Assembly: GCF_001194135.2 (NCBI RefSeq)
Contig: NC_068983.1
Span: 57,743,880-57,793,264 of the forward strand
DNA length: 49,385 nucleotides
Direction of reading: 5' to 3'
DNA from: Octopus bimaculoides
Taxonomy: Eukaryota
Position numbers and translations under genes: made by a program. Each line of letters begins with the position of its first letter. The first letter of the stretch is position 1. The notes under the pieces were generated by a model. That model had not been told where the DNA came from. It ran no database searches and was given only the letters and a program-made list of their open reading frames with translations. Of the stretch, positions 36,201-49,155 are shown in pieces.

Positions 36201-38021
36201 GATGACAATGATGGTGAGGAGGAGGATAAGGACCATAATGATGATGACAACGATGACAACGACGATGGTGAAGAGGAGGATAAGGATGATGACGTTGATA
36301 GTGACAACAGCAATGGTAAGGAGGAGGATAATGATGATGGGGAGGAGTAAGATGACGATGACGATGACAACAACGATGGTGATGAGGAGGATAATGATGA
36401 GGAGGATAATGATAATTTTCTTAATTTTGGTTTTTGTTTGTCTTCCAATTTTTCCAAATCTTCAATTGAAATCAAAAAGTAATTAAAATTTATTGTTATC
36501 AAATTTTAATTTACTCCTTCACTATTATATTCAAATCAAATTTAATAATGATAGGGGAAATGACCAAAAAAACAAAAAAACAAAAAAAAACACAGAACAT
36601 AGATTAGTCCAAGTATTCTCATATTCTTCATCTAATTATTGACGTCTTGCTCTGTACATGTGCGTGTGTGTGTGTATGTGTGTGTAAGTATGTGTGTTTG
36701 TTTAGTTTACATATGAATACACTGATGTGCATTTATATATATATATGTGTATGTATATATATATATATATTTATTTATACACACATGTGTATGTATACAC
36801 ACATGAATGCATGCAAACATACGCACGTGAATACTTACACATACATGTGTACATAATATGTATAATGTATTATATATAATGTATACATGATATTTATGTC
36901 TGTATATATATATATATGTATATATACAGACAGACAGACACTCATATGTATGTATGTGTGTATATCTAAATATATATATATATATATATATATANNNNNN
37001 NNNNNNNNNNNNNNNNNNNNNNNNNNNNNNNNNNNNNNNNNNNNNNNNNNNNNNNNNNNNNNNNNNNNNNNNNNNNNNNNNNNNNNNNNNNNNNNNNNNN
37101 NNNNNNNNNNNNNNNNNNNNNNNNNNNNNNNNNNNNNNNNNNNNNNNNNNNNNNNNNNNNNNNNNNNNNNNNNNNNNNNNNNNNNNNNNNNNNNNNNNNN
37201 NNNNNNNNNNNNNNNNNNNNNNNNNNNNNNNNNNNNNNNNNNNNNNNNNNNNNNNNNNNNNNNNNNNNNNNNNNNNNNNNNNNNNNNNNNNNNNNNNNNN
37301 NNNNNNNNNNNNNNNNNNNNNNNNNNNNNNNNNNNNNNNNNNNNNNNNNNNNNNNNNNNNNNNNNNNNNNNNNNNNNNNNNNNNNNNNNNNNNNNNNNNN
37401 NNNNNNNNNNNNNNNNNNNNNNNNNNNNNNNTATATACATATGCTTACACACACAAACACACACATACACACACACGCTTATGTATATATATTTAAGTGT
37501 ACATATGAGTGTATGTACGTATATTTATAGTAGAAATTCATTGTAATCCAACTATCCATGGAATTTCAACTTCCTCGTTAACACATCATCCTTCAATGTC
37601 ATTGTACAGCAACTAATTAATCATCCTTCCTAAACTCATCAATTTTGCAAACCTTATGCAAAACACTTGTTGCTTTTGGCCTGTTTGCATTTAATTAACT
37701 AGAAAAAAAAATATTATTTATCCTATTCTATGTATCTTTTATTGTTTTTAACTGTTCATTTTCATTGATTAGTAAAAATGGAGAAATTGTATCGGTACTC
37801 TGTCTATTCTTTTAGTATTTTATTTTGTATTTATCCATTATTTATTTAATAATATGAGTAGAAATTAATATTATCAAATAATATCAATATCAATCAGTGG
37901 TCAGCATACTTACAAAATGTCCAGGGACCATGGATTATATTTAAATATAAACAATAGGAGAGACCACGAATGTGGATCCCTTGTATGCTAAAAATAGATG
38001 TCAAACCATCTTACCATGAAA

Positions 38022-38292
38022 TCGATGTTATTATCATTCTTATTATTATACAGATCACTGCCCGGAATCGAATTCGCAATCTTGGGGTTAGTAGCCCACG
38101 CTCTTAACGACTATGCTATATACTAATAATAATAATTGCATCGAAAAATATCTTAGAAATGAGAACCCAGGTTTGAAAATTTCCTCAAGACTCCTGATGA
38201 AGGCTGGAGGGTATATCAGCCGAAACATTTTGTTAACAACAAACAAGATGAGGACAAATGTCCGTCAAATGTCAATAATGTAAATAATGCAC
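38022..38292. mobile_element. Family G element: inverted tRNA-like head (38022-38120, minus) plus hammerhead-bearing tail (38124-38292, plus)
   Basis: Head matches 45908-45980 in reverse complement. Tail matches 46341-46500 and contains CUGAUGA-A-GGCUG-loop-CAGCC-GAAAC at 38194-38226. Confidence 0.7.
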
Positions 38293-38394
38293 TAAATCTG
38301 TGTTCTCAACTTAGTAAGACGCTAGATGTTTATGAGCTGGACAAATGAAAAGAAATAAACATAGCACTTAATTCCATACATTTACCACATGGAC

Positions 38395-38780
38395 CACATG
38401 GAGACAAAGTGGATGAGTTCCTCCTGAGCACTAGGCCTCATGGAGGCAAAGTGGCTGAGCTCCTGGACTGCATGGAGGCAAAGTAGATGAGTTCCTTTTG
38501 AGCGTTGGGCCACACAAAGGAAATGACCAAGACCTTTGGCATTATGTCGTGCTTGAGAAGAAGACCCATCAAGCTGAACAAAATCGCAGTCATGGCAGAT
38601 ACCAGTGTCACACAAATGGCACCTGTGCTGGTGGCATGTAAAAGCACCCATTACACTCTTGGAGTGATTGGCATTAGGAAGGGTATCCATCTATAGAAAA
38701 CAATAGCAAATTAGACCAATCCTGGTCAAACTGTCCAACCCAAGCCAGCTTGGACAATGTACGTCAACTGATGATGATGA
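38395..38780 (+). mobile_element. Family C subfamily with internal repeats of about 38 bp
   Basis: Collinear with 33950-34350; (GAT)n tail array to about 38955. Confidence 0.85.
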
Positions 38781-40477
38781 TAAACATGATGATGCTGATG
38801 ATGACAACCACGATGATAATGCCGATGGCGACAATGATGATGACGTTGTTGATGATGATGATGATGATGATTACGACGACGTCAATGACGATGATGATGA
38901 CAATGATGACAACAGTGAAAACAACAATGATGATGATGATGATGATGATGACGTTAGCTTCCCTTGGGCTTGCAAGCAATGAATTTAAGTGTTGTTAATG
39001 ATTTCTTGAGGATGGAAAAAAAGATGGAAGTCTTCAAGTCTTTAATAGCCTTTTGCCTGCCTTACCAAATCAAGGCCAGGTTTGCCAGCATCACAACGCC
39101 TTCAGAAAGACTCAAAGTCATAAGAACCAACAACAGCAGCAAGAAATCTGATACATTTATGGAATGCTGGGTATTATATTACAGGTAACAAGTGAGTGGA
39201 GGAGGAGCGGGCGTCATATTTGGGATTCGGACACTTGCATCTGTAGCATCGCAGAGTAATATAACGATACATTAGATTTGGTTAATTAAAGGGCATACTG
39301 CTGCTACCTGTTTTTGTTGTTGTGATTGTTGTTGTTGTTGTTGTTGTTTTTGTTGTTGTGGTGGTGGTGGTGGTGTTGCTGGCGTTGTTCTTGTTCAAGA
39401 TAATGTTCTTAGGTGTTTCCTTTCACAGGTGTAATTGATTGCAATATATCATGCTGTACATATATTTCAAACATGACTGCTATGTAAATGCATTTCATAC
39501 AGACATCCAAATGTGCATACATACATACATACATGTATATACATACATATATACATANNNNNNNNNNNNNNNNNNNNNNNNNNNNNNNNNNNNNNNNNNN
39601 NNNNNNNNNNNNNNNNNNNNNNNNNNNNNNNNNNNNNNNNNNNNNNNNNNNNNNNNNNNNNNNNNNNNNNNNNNNNNNNNNNNNNNNNNNNNNNNNNNNN
39701 NNNNNNNNNNNNNNNNNNNNNNNNNNNNNNNNNNNNNNNNNNNNNNNNNNNNNNNNNNNNNNNNNNNNNNNNNNNNNNNNNNNNNNNNNNNNNNNNNNNN
39801 NNNNNNNNNNNNNNNNNNNNNNNNNNNNNNNNNNNNNNNNNNNNNNNNNNNNNNNNNNNNNNNNNNNNNNNNNNNNNNNNNNNNNNNNNNNNNNNNNNNN
39901 NNNNNNNNNNNNNNNNNNNNNNNNNNNNNNNNNNNNNNNNNNNNNNNNNNNNNNNNNNNNNNNNNNNNNNNNNNNNNNNNNNNNNNNNNNNNNNNNNNNN
40001 NNNNNNNNNNNNNNNNNNNNNNNNNNNNNNNNNNNNNNNNNNNNNNNNNNNNNNNNNNNNNNNNNNNNNNNNNNNNNNNNNNNNNNNNNNNNNNNNNNNN
40101 NNNNNNNNNNNNNNNNNNNNNNNNNNNNNNNNNNNNNNNNNNNNNNNNNNNNNNNNNNNNNNNNNNNNNNNNNNNNNNNNNNNNNNNNNNNNNNNNNNNN
40201 NNNNNNNNNNNNNNNNNNNNNNNNNNNNNNNNNNNNNNNNNNNNNNNNNNNNNNNNNNNNNNNNNNNNNNNNNNNNNNNNNNNNNNNNNNNNNNNNNNNN
40301 NNNNNNNNNNNNNNNNNNNNNNNNNNNNNNNNNNNNNNNNNNNNNNNNNNNNNNNNNNNNNNNNNNNNNNNNNNNNNNNNNNNNNNNNNNNNNNNNNNNN
40401 NNNNNNNNNNNNNNNNNNNNNNNNNNNNNNNNNNNNNNNNNNNNNNNNNNNNNNNNNNNNNNNNNNNNNNNNNNNNN

Positions 40478-40526
<49 letters not shown>

Positions 40527-41158
40527 CTCTCGCTCTCCTGCGCTCTCTCTACATGTGTGTGTGTGTATTGACTTATGGAATATCGGAGAATTATATACAT
40601 ATATGTGTTCTGCAACCGAAGAAAGCTGAACTTTCTCTCTCTTTATTACACTTTGGCAATTACATACAAGCAATCTGCTCAGGCTGATATTTTATACAGC
40701 CGCGCATAATAAAAAGCAGAAGAAAAACGTTGTTTATGGTCGTAGGATAATGGGATTCCCATTATAAGAACCAATACAGAAATTATAAAGGTCACTCACA
40801 TTCTTTAGCTCATTTGGATTTCAGCAAAATATCTTCCAAATTGATATATTATTTTAGAGCAGTGTTGATTACATTATGCAATTCCAAAATCTTTCCATTA
40901 TAAAGATGGAAGCTATTCTTGACTCAGGAAACATCCATCTCAAGACTACTATGGTGAATTGTTGCTTCAATTTCCATCAAAGATTCCTCGTAAAATAAAT
41001 GTATCATAGCAGCACTGAGTTGGCCAGTTTCTTATTTTTCTATTATTTCTTCCAGAGTTCCTAACAACTTTTCTGCTCTTTAATATTTCTACTTGCAGAC
41101 TTTTTTTCTCAACTCCTTTCTTCTTGATTTCCATTTTCCTTCCCTTCTCTCTTTTTCT

Positions 41159-41245
<87 letters not shown>

Positions 41246-41469
41246 GTTTCTCTTTCATTCTCTCATTCGGTTTCTCTGCCTTTCTCTTTCCTTTGTTCAT
41301 ATGCATGCATCGATATGTAAGTGCAGGTCTTGGGTGCGGAAGACAAAAGTAAGGAAACATACACAAGGAAATATATAGAGGCATATTCATGAAGAAAAAC
41401 TATTCTATTTATCTACCTACCTATCTATCTGTTTATATATATATACACACACACACATATATGCATGTA

Positions 41470-41830
41470 TGCATATGGGGCCAGTCAATAAGATCGACCT
41501 CAGTATGCAACTGGTACTTAATTCATTGACTCCAAAAGGATGAAAAGCAAAGTCGACCTCAGCAGAATTTGAACTCAGAACATAAAATAGACGAAATACC
41601 ACTAAGCATTTCACCTGGCATGCTACCCATCCTGCCAGCTCTGCCATCTTTAGCGGTATTTCGCTCGTCTTTACGTTCTCAGTTCAAATTCTGCCGAGGT
41701 CGACTTTGCCTTTCATCCTTTCGGGGTCGATAAATTAAGTACCAGTTACGCACTGGAGTCAATGTAATCGACTTAATACCTTTGTTTGTCCCCTCTATGT
41801 TTAGCCTCTTGTGGGCAATAAAGAAATAAA
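41470..41830. mobile_element. Two SINE family B copies head-to-head (minus 41470-41648, plus 41651-41830)
   Basis: AAAGTCGACCTCAGCAGAATTTGAACT versus AGTTCAAATTCTGCCGAGGTCGACTTT. Confidence 0.9.
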
Positions 41831-41844
41831 AATGAGTATCAGAC

Positions 41845-41935
41845 TTAAGAATATAAGTGCTGGGGTTGATTCGTTCCACTAAAATTCTTCAAAGTGGAGC
41901 CCCAACATGGCCACAGTCAAACCGACTGAAACAAA
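41845..41935 (+). mobile_element. SINE family A 3' end
   Basis: GAATATAAGTGCTGGGGTTGATT...CAACATGGCCACAGTCAAACCGACTGAAACA. Confidence 0.65.
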
Positions 41936-42664
41936 ACTTCAAAACACAAAGGGAAAAAAATGCAGAGAACAGCTTAACAAATCAAGCTACGAAGAGATCA
42001 AAAGTTTCATAACAGCTTCTGCCCATGACAGATCGACATCCTCATCACCGTTCTATAATAGAAATAGAATGGGAAAACCATGAAATAATGGAATGGATCT
42101 GAAAATAGATACAAGTAAATGATATTATCAAGTTCTTAAAATTGTTGGAATATAGTTGGGCCGTGTATCTGGTGAGGGTCATTGACATGAAAGGTAGGAA
42201 GAATTTAACAAACTACAAAAGAAATGAAGGATATTTGCAAAGAAGATTGGTGAAAGGAATCAGAAAGATTTGCAGAAAAAAAAAATAGAAAAGAAAAGCT
42301 GGAGAGTAGAAAACCAAAGCTGAAAGTCATGGAGAGAGAGACATACTTAAATACGCAGACAAATATATAAATACAGATAGATCACTGTCAAAGATGTGTA
42401 GTTTTATAGCTTTAGCGGAGTTCTTCTTCATATATGTAAACGCTTTCCAAAACAAACAAGCAGAAAAAAACGCTGCATTACTTATTATATCCTCCAGAAA
42501 AGCTATGACATGATGCACGTGCACTTAGTTTTGAGATCACTGTATCCCATAGCAGAAACAGTTGTAGGCCAATGAACTTGATTATGTAATTCCTTGATCC
42601 TTTGTCATTTAATTACACACACACACACACACATACATGCACTCACATGCACACACACACATAT

Positions 42665-43316
42665 ACAGTGACTTGATAAAAGGGAAAATGCTCAACCACA
42701 ACCAAGAAGGGAACTTCATGGAAAAAAGGTTCTTCTCTCTATCTGGTGGGATTGCAAAGGAGTAATTCACTTTGAATTGTTACCACCTAATGCAATAATC
42801 AATGCGCAAGTCTACTGTCAGCAATTAGAGCATTTGAACCAAGCTTTGAAGAAAAAAAGACCCACTTTAGTGAATCGAAAAGGAGTGATGTTTCATCAGG
42901 ACAATGCGTGACCCCACACTGCAAAGATCACATCACGGAAGATCGGAGAACTTGGTTGGGAAAAAATTCTTCGTCCACCTTATTCTACCGACCTTGCTCC
43001 TTCAGAGTACCATTTGTTTCGTAGTTTACANNNNNNNNNNNNNNNNNNNNNNNNNNNNNNNNNNNNNNNNNNNNNNNNNNNNNNNNNNNNNNNNNNNNNN
43101 NNNNNNNNNNNNNNNNNNNNNNNNNNNNNNNNNNNNNNNNNNNNNNNNNNNNNNNNNNNNNNNNNNNNNNNNNNNNNNNNNNNNNNNNNNNNNNNNNNNG
43201 GAAGGAAGTCATAGATAATCAGGGAAAATACATTGATGATTAAATTTCAATTGAATATAACAGTTGATCACTTGTTTTCTCTATTCAAAATTCAGACAGA
43301 ACTTATGAGATGACAG
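42665..43316 (+). mobile_element. mariner (DD34D-type) transposase pseudogene, 3' half with 3' end
   Basis: LHGKKVLLSIWWDCKGVIHFELLP...INAQVYCQQL...RKGVMFHQDNA*PH...LGWEKILRPPYSTDLAPSEYHLFRSL, then after the gap EVIDNQGKYIDD* and a TIR-like CAGAACTTATGAGATGAC. Confidence 0.92.
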
Positions 43317-44039
43317 AGAGAGAGAGAGAGAGAGAGATACATAGATAGACAGATAACTAACTGATTGTCCTATATTATATTTATAGATAAATTCCTCTAT
43401 TTACATAATATCGAGGTCTCATTCATTCTTTTGTTGTCATATTATTATTATCAATATATATATATATATATATAGGGAGAGACAAACAGAGAGATAAGCA
43501 GACAGATAGTCATACAGGTGGACAGACAGACACAGTGAGTGAGAGACAGAGAAAGGGAGAGAGAGCGAGAGAACAAATCTGTCCCTTTTAATTAGAATAA
43601 AAATTTAGCAATGCTGTTTCAGTTGTTATTGTAATCACTGATTCTTAGGAATTCATTAAAAGAACATTAATGATGCCATTGCCAAGGTCAATTACTTGAA
43701 CCTTACTTTCTTTGAATTCAGTTTTGTCTCATTTTCAAAAATTACCCACCTGTGATTTTACGTATCGACCGATCACTATTAAATATCATATTGCGTTTAG
43801 TATTATTTCGTTTCTATTTTTAATTGATATTCTAGTTATTCATTCATTTATTTACTAAACACTATCAGCTAACAGCGATATTAGAGACATCAAGCAGAAT
43901 AATGCCCAACAATTAACGAGCCATTATAAATTCAATTACAACTGACTTTTGAACAATTTCATTACTTATTTCGAGAATGATATTCTCTCTGATCTTATCA
44001 CCTGTTTGATATCCTAATATCACTATATCGCTTCAACTA

Positions 44040-44350
44040 CTGCTGCCACCACCAGCGCCGCCGATGTCTTTGCCCCAGCCGTTGCCACTACTATCGTCGC
44101 CACCCCCTCATCATCACTATCATTATCATCATCATCGTTGTCATCACCATCTCCACCACCACCATCATCATCATCATCACCACCACCATCAACACCACCA
44201 CCATCATCATCATCAGCAGCAGCAGCAGCACTACCACCACCATCATCATCACCACCACCACCACCATCACCAACATCACCCCAACATCACCATCATCATC
44301 ACCACCACCACCACCACCATCATCATCATCAACACCACCACCACCACCAC
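44040..44350. repeat. (CAT/CAC)n degenerate array
   Basis: Direct inspection. Confidence 0.9.
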
Positions 44351-45907
44351 TGCCAGAACGTTTGTTTTTGTTGTTTTCTGGTCTTCCTCCCTTTTTTAAA
44401 AATCTATTTCTGGTTTTGTTCTTATTTGGATTAATTCTTCTTGAAAGCAGTGTGATCTTCCATGCTGAAAATCAATCATTTTTGTTTCTTTGATTTAGCT
44501 TTTTTTTTTCATGATTTTTATGGCATCAAACACAGTTCGAAAAATGTGTCACTGAAGATGTATGACCTTCTGCTCTCCATGATGATAGAACACTAAATTA
44601 TATGGAAATAATTTATCAGGAAGCTTTATAACGATCTTTCTAATGTATAGCTTTTATCTGTACCTCATTACTTTTTATGCTATATTTACATTTGAGTGTA
44701 GTTTAAAGGAACGTTGATGATGAATAACTTTGAACATTATCTCTGGTTTGGGGTTGATCATATCCTAATGCATCGCCATCATTGCATTAATTACAGTCTC
44801 ATACTAACTGAGCCTTTTTAACTCTTTGATCTTCATAGTCAGCCATATGGTTTCTTTATCAAAACCACATAAGTTTCAACTCAGTCTAGCTGTATGGCAA
44901 CTAGGGCAATTGTGTTCTGAAATAATCCCACATTGTCCAAAGCCTTGTGAGAAGATTTTGTAACTGGAAAACGAAAGGATCCTGTTGTACCTAAACCGTC
45001 ATTTAATGTCTGTGTTCCATGATGGAACACAGACTAGTCTGAGGGTTGCGTTGGTCATCAGTGTTACTCTTGATGAGATTTCTTTGGCTGGATGCCCTCA
45101 CCAACGTCAATATATATGCATGTTTGGCCACGTATGTGTACATGTGTTGCTGTCTCCTTATCTTCACATCGTTTAGTAGTTGTAAATGAGTTTCACTATA
45201 ATACAAATGATATCCTTCATTTCTAATCTTCTGTGGAATCATATCTGATCAGGGAGGAACATGACTAGACTAGAGAGCACATGAGGGTTGGTGACAAGTA
45301 GAGCATCTGGTCATAGAAAATGTGCCTCATTGAATTCATTCCGACTGATGCAAGCATCTAAAAGTAGCCAGTAGAAATACAAATAATTACTGATATTTCT
45401 AAAAAAAAGATATTGATTGATAAGCTTATGAGTTATTGATTGCTAAGACGATTCTAAATGAATTTGATGCATCCTTTTTCCCTTATAATTCCTTGATTTC
45501 ATTGTCAGATTTATTATTCTGCTCCTTATGACAAACTAGTTATCCTTCTTGTAATAGCTACGATCACTAGGGGAATCAAATGTGTTTGGAAAACACTAAT
45601 TGCGATTTCATGTAAGTTTATTTTAAACTGTTATTGTTGGTCAAAGTCATATGTGTTCAATGAAGGGTTGTCTGTTTCATATACGTAGGACTACCACTCA
45701 GAAATAACAGCTTGAATCAGATGTTTACGTTTGAAAGAATTTTACTGGAAATGGCTGTTAAAGTTTTTGTGTGGCTAAAACTGAAATTACTGGTAACTAT
45801 AAGTCATGTTCGCAAAGCAGAATTCTCTGGAAATAGTTATTATTCTATGTTTAAACCAGGATAGGAAAATATTAGATTTATAAGCCCTAAAATTCACTCC
45901 ATACTTG

Positions 45908-46500
45908 CCCATATGGCGTAGTGGTTAAGAGTATGGGCTACTAACACCAAAATTCTGAGTTCGATTCCAGGCAGTGACCTTAATAATAATCATCATCATC
46001 ATCGTCGTCGTTTAAAGTCCGCTTTCCATGCTAGCACGATTTGACTGAGGACTGGTGAAACCAGATGGCTACATCAGGCTCCAATCTGATTTGGCAGAGT
46101 TTCTACAGCTGGATGCCTTTCCTAATGCCAACCACTCCGAGAGTGTAGTGGGTGCTTTTATGTGCCACCAACACGAAGGCCAGTCAGGCGGTACTGGCAA
46201 TGGCCACGCTCAAAATGGTGTTTTTTACATGCCACCTGCGCAGGAGTCAGTTCGGCGGCACTGGCAACGATCTCGCTCGATTGTCTTTACACGTGCTATC
46301 CGGCACAAGTGCCAGGAAGGCGATGCTGGGCACAGGTGCCATAACATTGAAAAATATCTTAGGAATGAGAACCCACGTTCAAAATTTCCCCAAGATACCT
46401 GATGAAGGCTGGAGGGTATATCAACCAGTACGTTGTGTTATCAGCAAACAAGATGCGGACAAATATCTATCAAATGTAAATAATGTAAATAATGTGCAGT
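45908..46500 (+). mobile_element. Family G element: tRNA-like head, (AAT)n linker and hammerhead-bearing tail, split by a family C insertion (45991-46340, minus)
   Basis: A box TAGTGGTTAAG and B box GAGTTCGATTCC. Tail GAUAC-CUGAUGA-A-GGCUG-loop-CAACC-AGUAC-GUU-GUGUU at 46394-46439. Confidence 0.7.
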
Positions 46501-47044
46501 AATTCTCAACATTTTTAATATCCGGGCCTGAACCAAAACCTGGATATTTTTAGGGGGTACAGCAAAAAAAAAAAAAGTAAAACATTTAATAAAAGAAACA
46601 TTTGTCATATTTATAGAGGGAAGCCCATCAGGTGCTACTGGAAGAGTATTTGAGTGCCGCATGGCCCCTGGATGCTGTGGTTCAGAACAAAACAATTTTT
46701 TGTGATTCCTAATCTTTTAACATTCTATGACGAAAAGGAAAAAAAAATACATTCCATGAATTTTCTCCAAACTGTAGTTATTTCCATATTTAATGAAATG
46801 TCTCACTTCATAAAATGTTTAATTAATAAGTCACAGATTACGTCATACTGGTGATTTCCAAAACAAAAAAAGAATGAAACTATGCTGTACATAATCATCA
46901 ACGCTTAAAAGATTAGAGATGCAAATTCTATTGATCTTTTAATTGTAGTTCCTTAATTTCAATTTCAAATTTCTAATCCTACTATGATAAAATCATTACC
47001 TCCCTTGTAAAAGTGATGGCCACTAGGGGAAGCACTTGTGTCAT

Positions 47045-47265
47045 AAAAAATGTGGCACTCTGTCGGTTACGACAACGAGGCCTGAAATTGGGGGGGGCAG
47101 TCGATTAGATCAACCCCAGTACAGAACTGGTACTTAGTTTATCGACCCCAAAAGGATGAAAGGCAAAGTCAACCTTGGCAAAATTTGAACTCAGAACATA
47201 AAGACAGACGAAATACTGCTAAGCATTTCACCCAACATGCTAACGATTCTGCGAGCTCACCACCC
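47045..47265 (-). mobile_element. Family D 3' end followed by SINE family B
   Basis: GTGGCACTCTGTCGGTTACGAC; GGATGAAAGGCAAAGTCAACCTTGGCAAAATTTGAACTCAGAAC. Confidence 0.85.
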
Positions 47266-47324
47266 TACATTGATACATGTACATAGATACATGTACATAG
47301 ATACATGTACAATTGACTTCTATC

Positions 47325-47465
47325 AGTTTTTGTCTTCTAAATTATCTTGCAGGGCCTCGATTGGCCCCGAGGCTGTAGAAGAAAACATATGCTCATGGTG
47401 AAATGTAGGAGTATTGAACCCGGAAACATGTGGTTGGGAAGCAAGCTTCTTACCACACGGCCACA
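47325..47465 (-). mobile_element. SINE family A head half, diverged
   Basis: GGCCCCGAGGCT...GAACCCGGAAACATGTGGTTGGGAAGCAAGCTTCTTACCACACGGCCAC. Confidence 0.75.
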
Positions 47466-47609
47466 CGTGTGCCTATTAATACAGAATTAGTTCAGAATCT
47501 GTAAACAAACAGGTTTTTATTTTTTATTGCACTGAATGTTGAAATACAAATATATTTATATTTGTGTGTATTTGTGAATGCGTGTGTCTGTGTACAGGTG
47601 TGTATGAAC

Positions 47610-47665
<56 letters not shown>

Positions 47666-47769
47666 AAATTGCTACATCAAAGGTGAGGAAAATAATTAAA
47701 TGTCCATCAATAAATTTTGAAACAATTAAAGAAATAAACACCTCGATTGTGGCTTTGTGTTTTTGATCA

Positions 47770-48080
47770 TGCTCACTCATCATCATCATCATCACCACCA
47801 CCACCACCGCCACCACTACTACCACCACTACTATCACCACCGCCACCACCATCATCATCAACATTATCATCATCATCACCACCACCACCACCATCAATAT
47901 CATCATCATCACCACCATCATCACCACTGCCACCACCATTATCATCAACTTTATCATCATCATCACCATCACCATCATCACATCATCAGCACCATCAACA
48001 TCATCATTATCACCACCATCATCATCGTGCCATCATTATCATCACCACCATCATTATCATCACCACATCATCATCATCAT
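47770..48080. repeat. (CAT/CAC)n degenerate array
   Basis: Direct inspection. Confidence 0.9.
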
Positions 48081-48419
48081 CATTGTGTCCTTTAAATAAA
48101 TATTTGTGTGTGTATGTATGTGTGTATGTGTGTGTGTGTGCATTGTGCACATGTGTATGCATGTGTGCATTGCACGCACGTGTGTGTGTGCCTTTGTTTC
48201 AGTATTAGTCTCCATGTTTCTCTTTATTTGACACCATTTGCTAAACAACAACATATGCCTATGTTCCATAACATAGCCATTTTACAAACTGGTATCGATA
48301 AAATAAGTTTCAAACCCCTCCAGCGTGGTGCTCCAGCAGGGTTGCAATACACCAAATAAACCGGCAATATACCATCAAACTTTTATTCCTCTCCCCTTTC
48401 TTTCTCCTTTATATAACAT

Positions 48420-48796
48420 GTAGTGGAGGCGCAATGGCCTAGTGGTCAGGGCAATGAACTCGCGGTCGTAAGATCGCGGTTTCGATTCCCAGACTGGGCA
48501 TTGTGAGCGAAAACACCTAAAGCGCCACGAGGCTCCAGCAGGGGGTGGTCACGAACCCTGCTGTATTCTTTCACCACAATTTTCTCTCACTCGTTCTTCC
48601 TGTTTTTGTTGTACCTGTATTTCAAAGGAGCCAGCCTTGTCACACTCTGTGTCACACTGAATCTCCACAAGAACTACATTAAGGGTACACATGTCTGTGG
48701 AGTGCTCAGCCACTTGCAGGTTAATTTCATGGGCAGGCTGTTCCGATGATCGGATCAACTGGAACCCTCATCGTCATAACCAACGGAGTGCCACGA
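48420..48796 (+). mobile_element. tRNA-derived SINE family D, full length with a 9-bp TSD
   Basis: A box TGGCCTAGTGG, B box GGTTTCGATTCC; ATATAACAT at 48411-19 and 48797-805. Confidence 0.9.
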
Positions 48797-49058
48797 ATAT
48801 AACATATATCTACTCCTCCATTTCTTCTTTGTTGTTGACCTCACCAATTCCATTAATAGAACCACCACCATCAACCTCTCCAGCATCACTCTATTTTATC
48901 TTCCTCCATCAACATCATTTTCCTTCTCAGCCATCATCACTGTTAACTTCACATTACTTTTTATTTCCCTCGAACACATTACCTACACACTTATACACAC
49001 AGAAGTTTTGCACATAAACGCTCAAATCATCAGTGTTGTACAGAGAAACCCACAGTCC

Positions 49059-49100
<42 letters not shown>

Positions 49101-49110
49101 NNNNNNNNNN

Positions 49111-49155
<45 letters not shown>

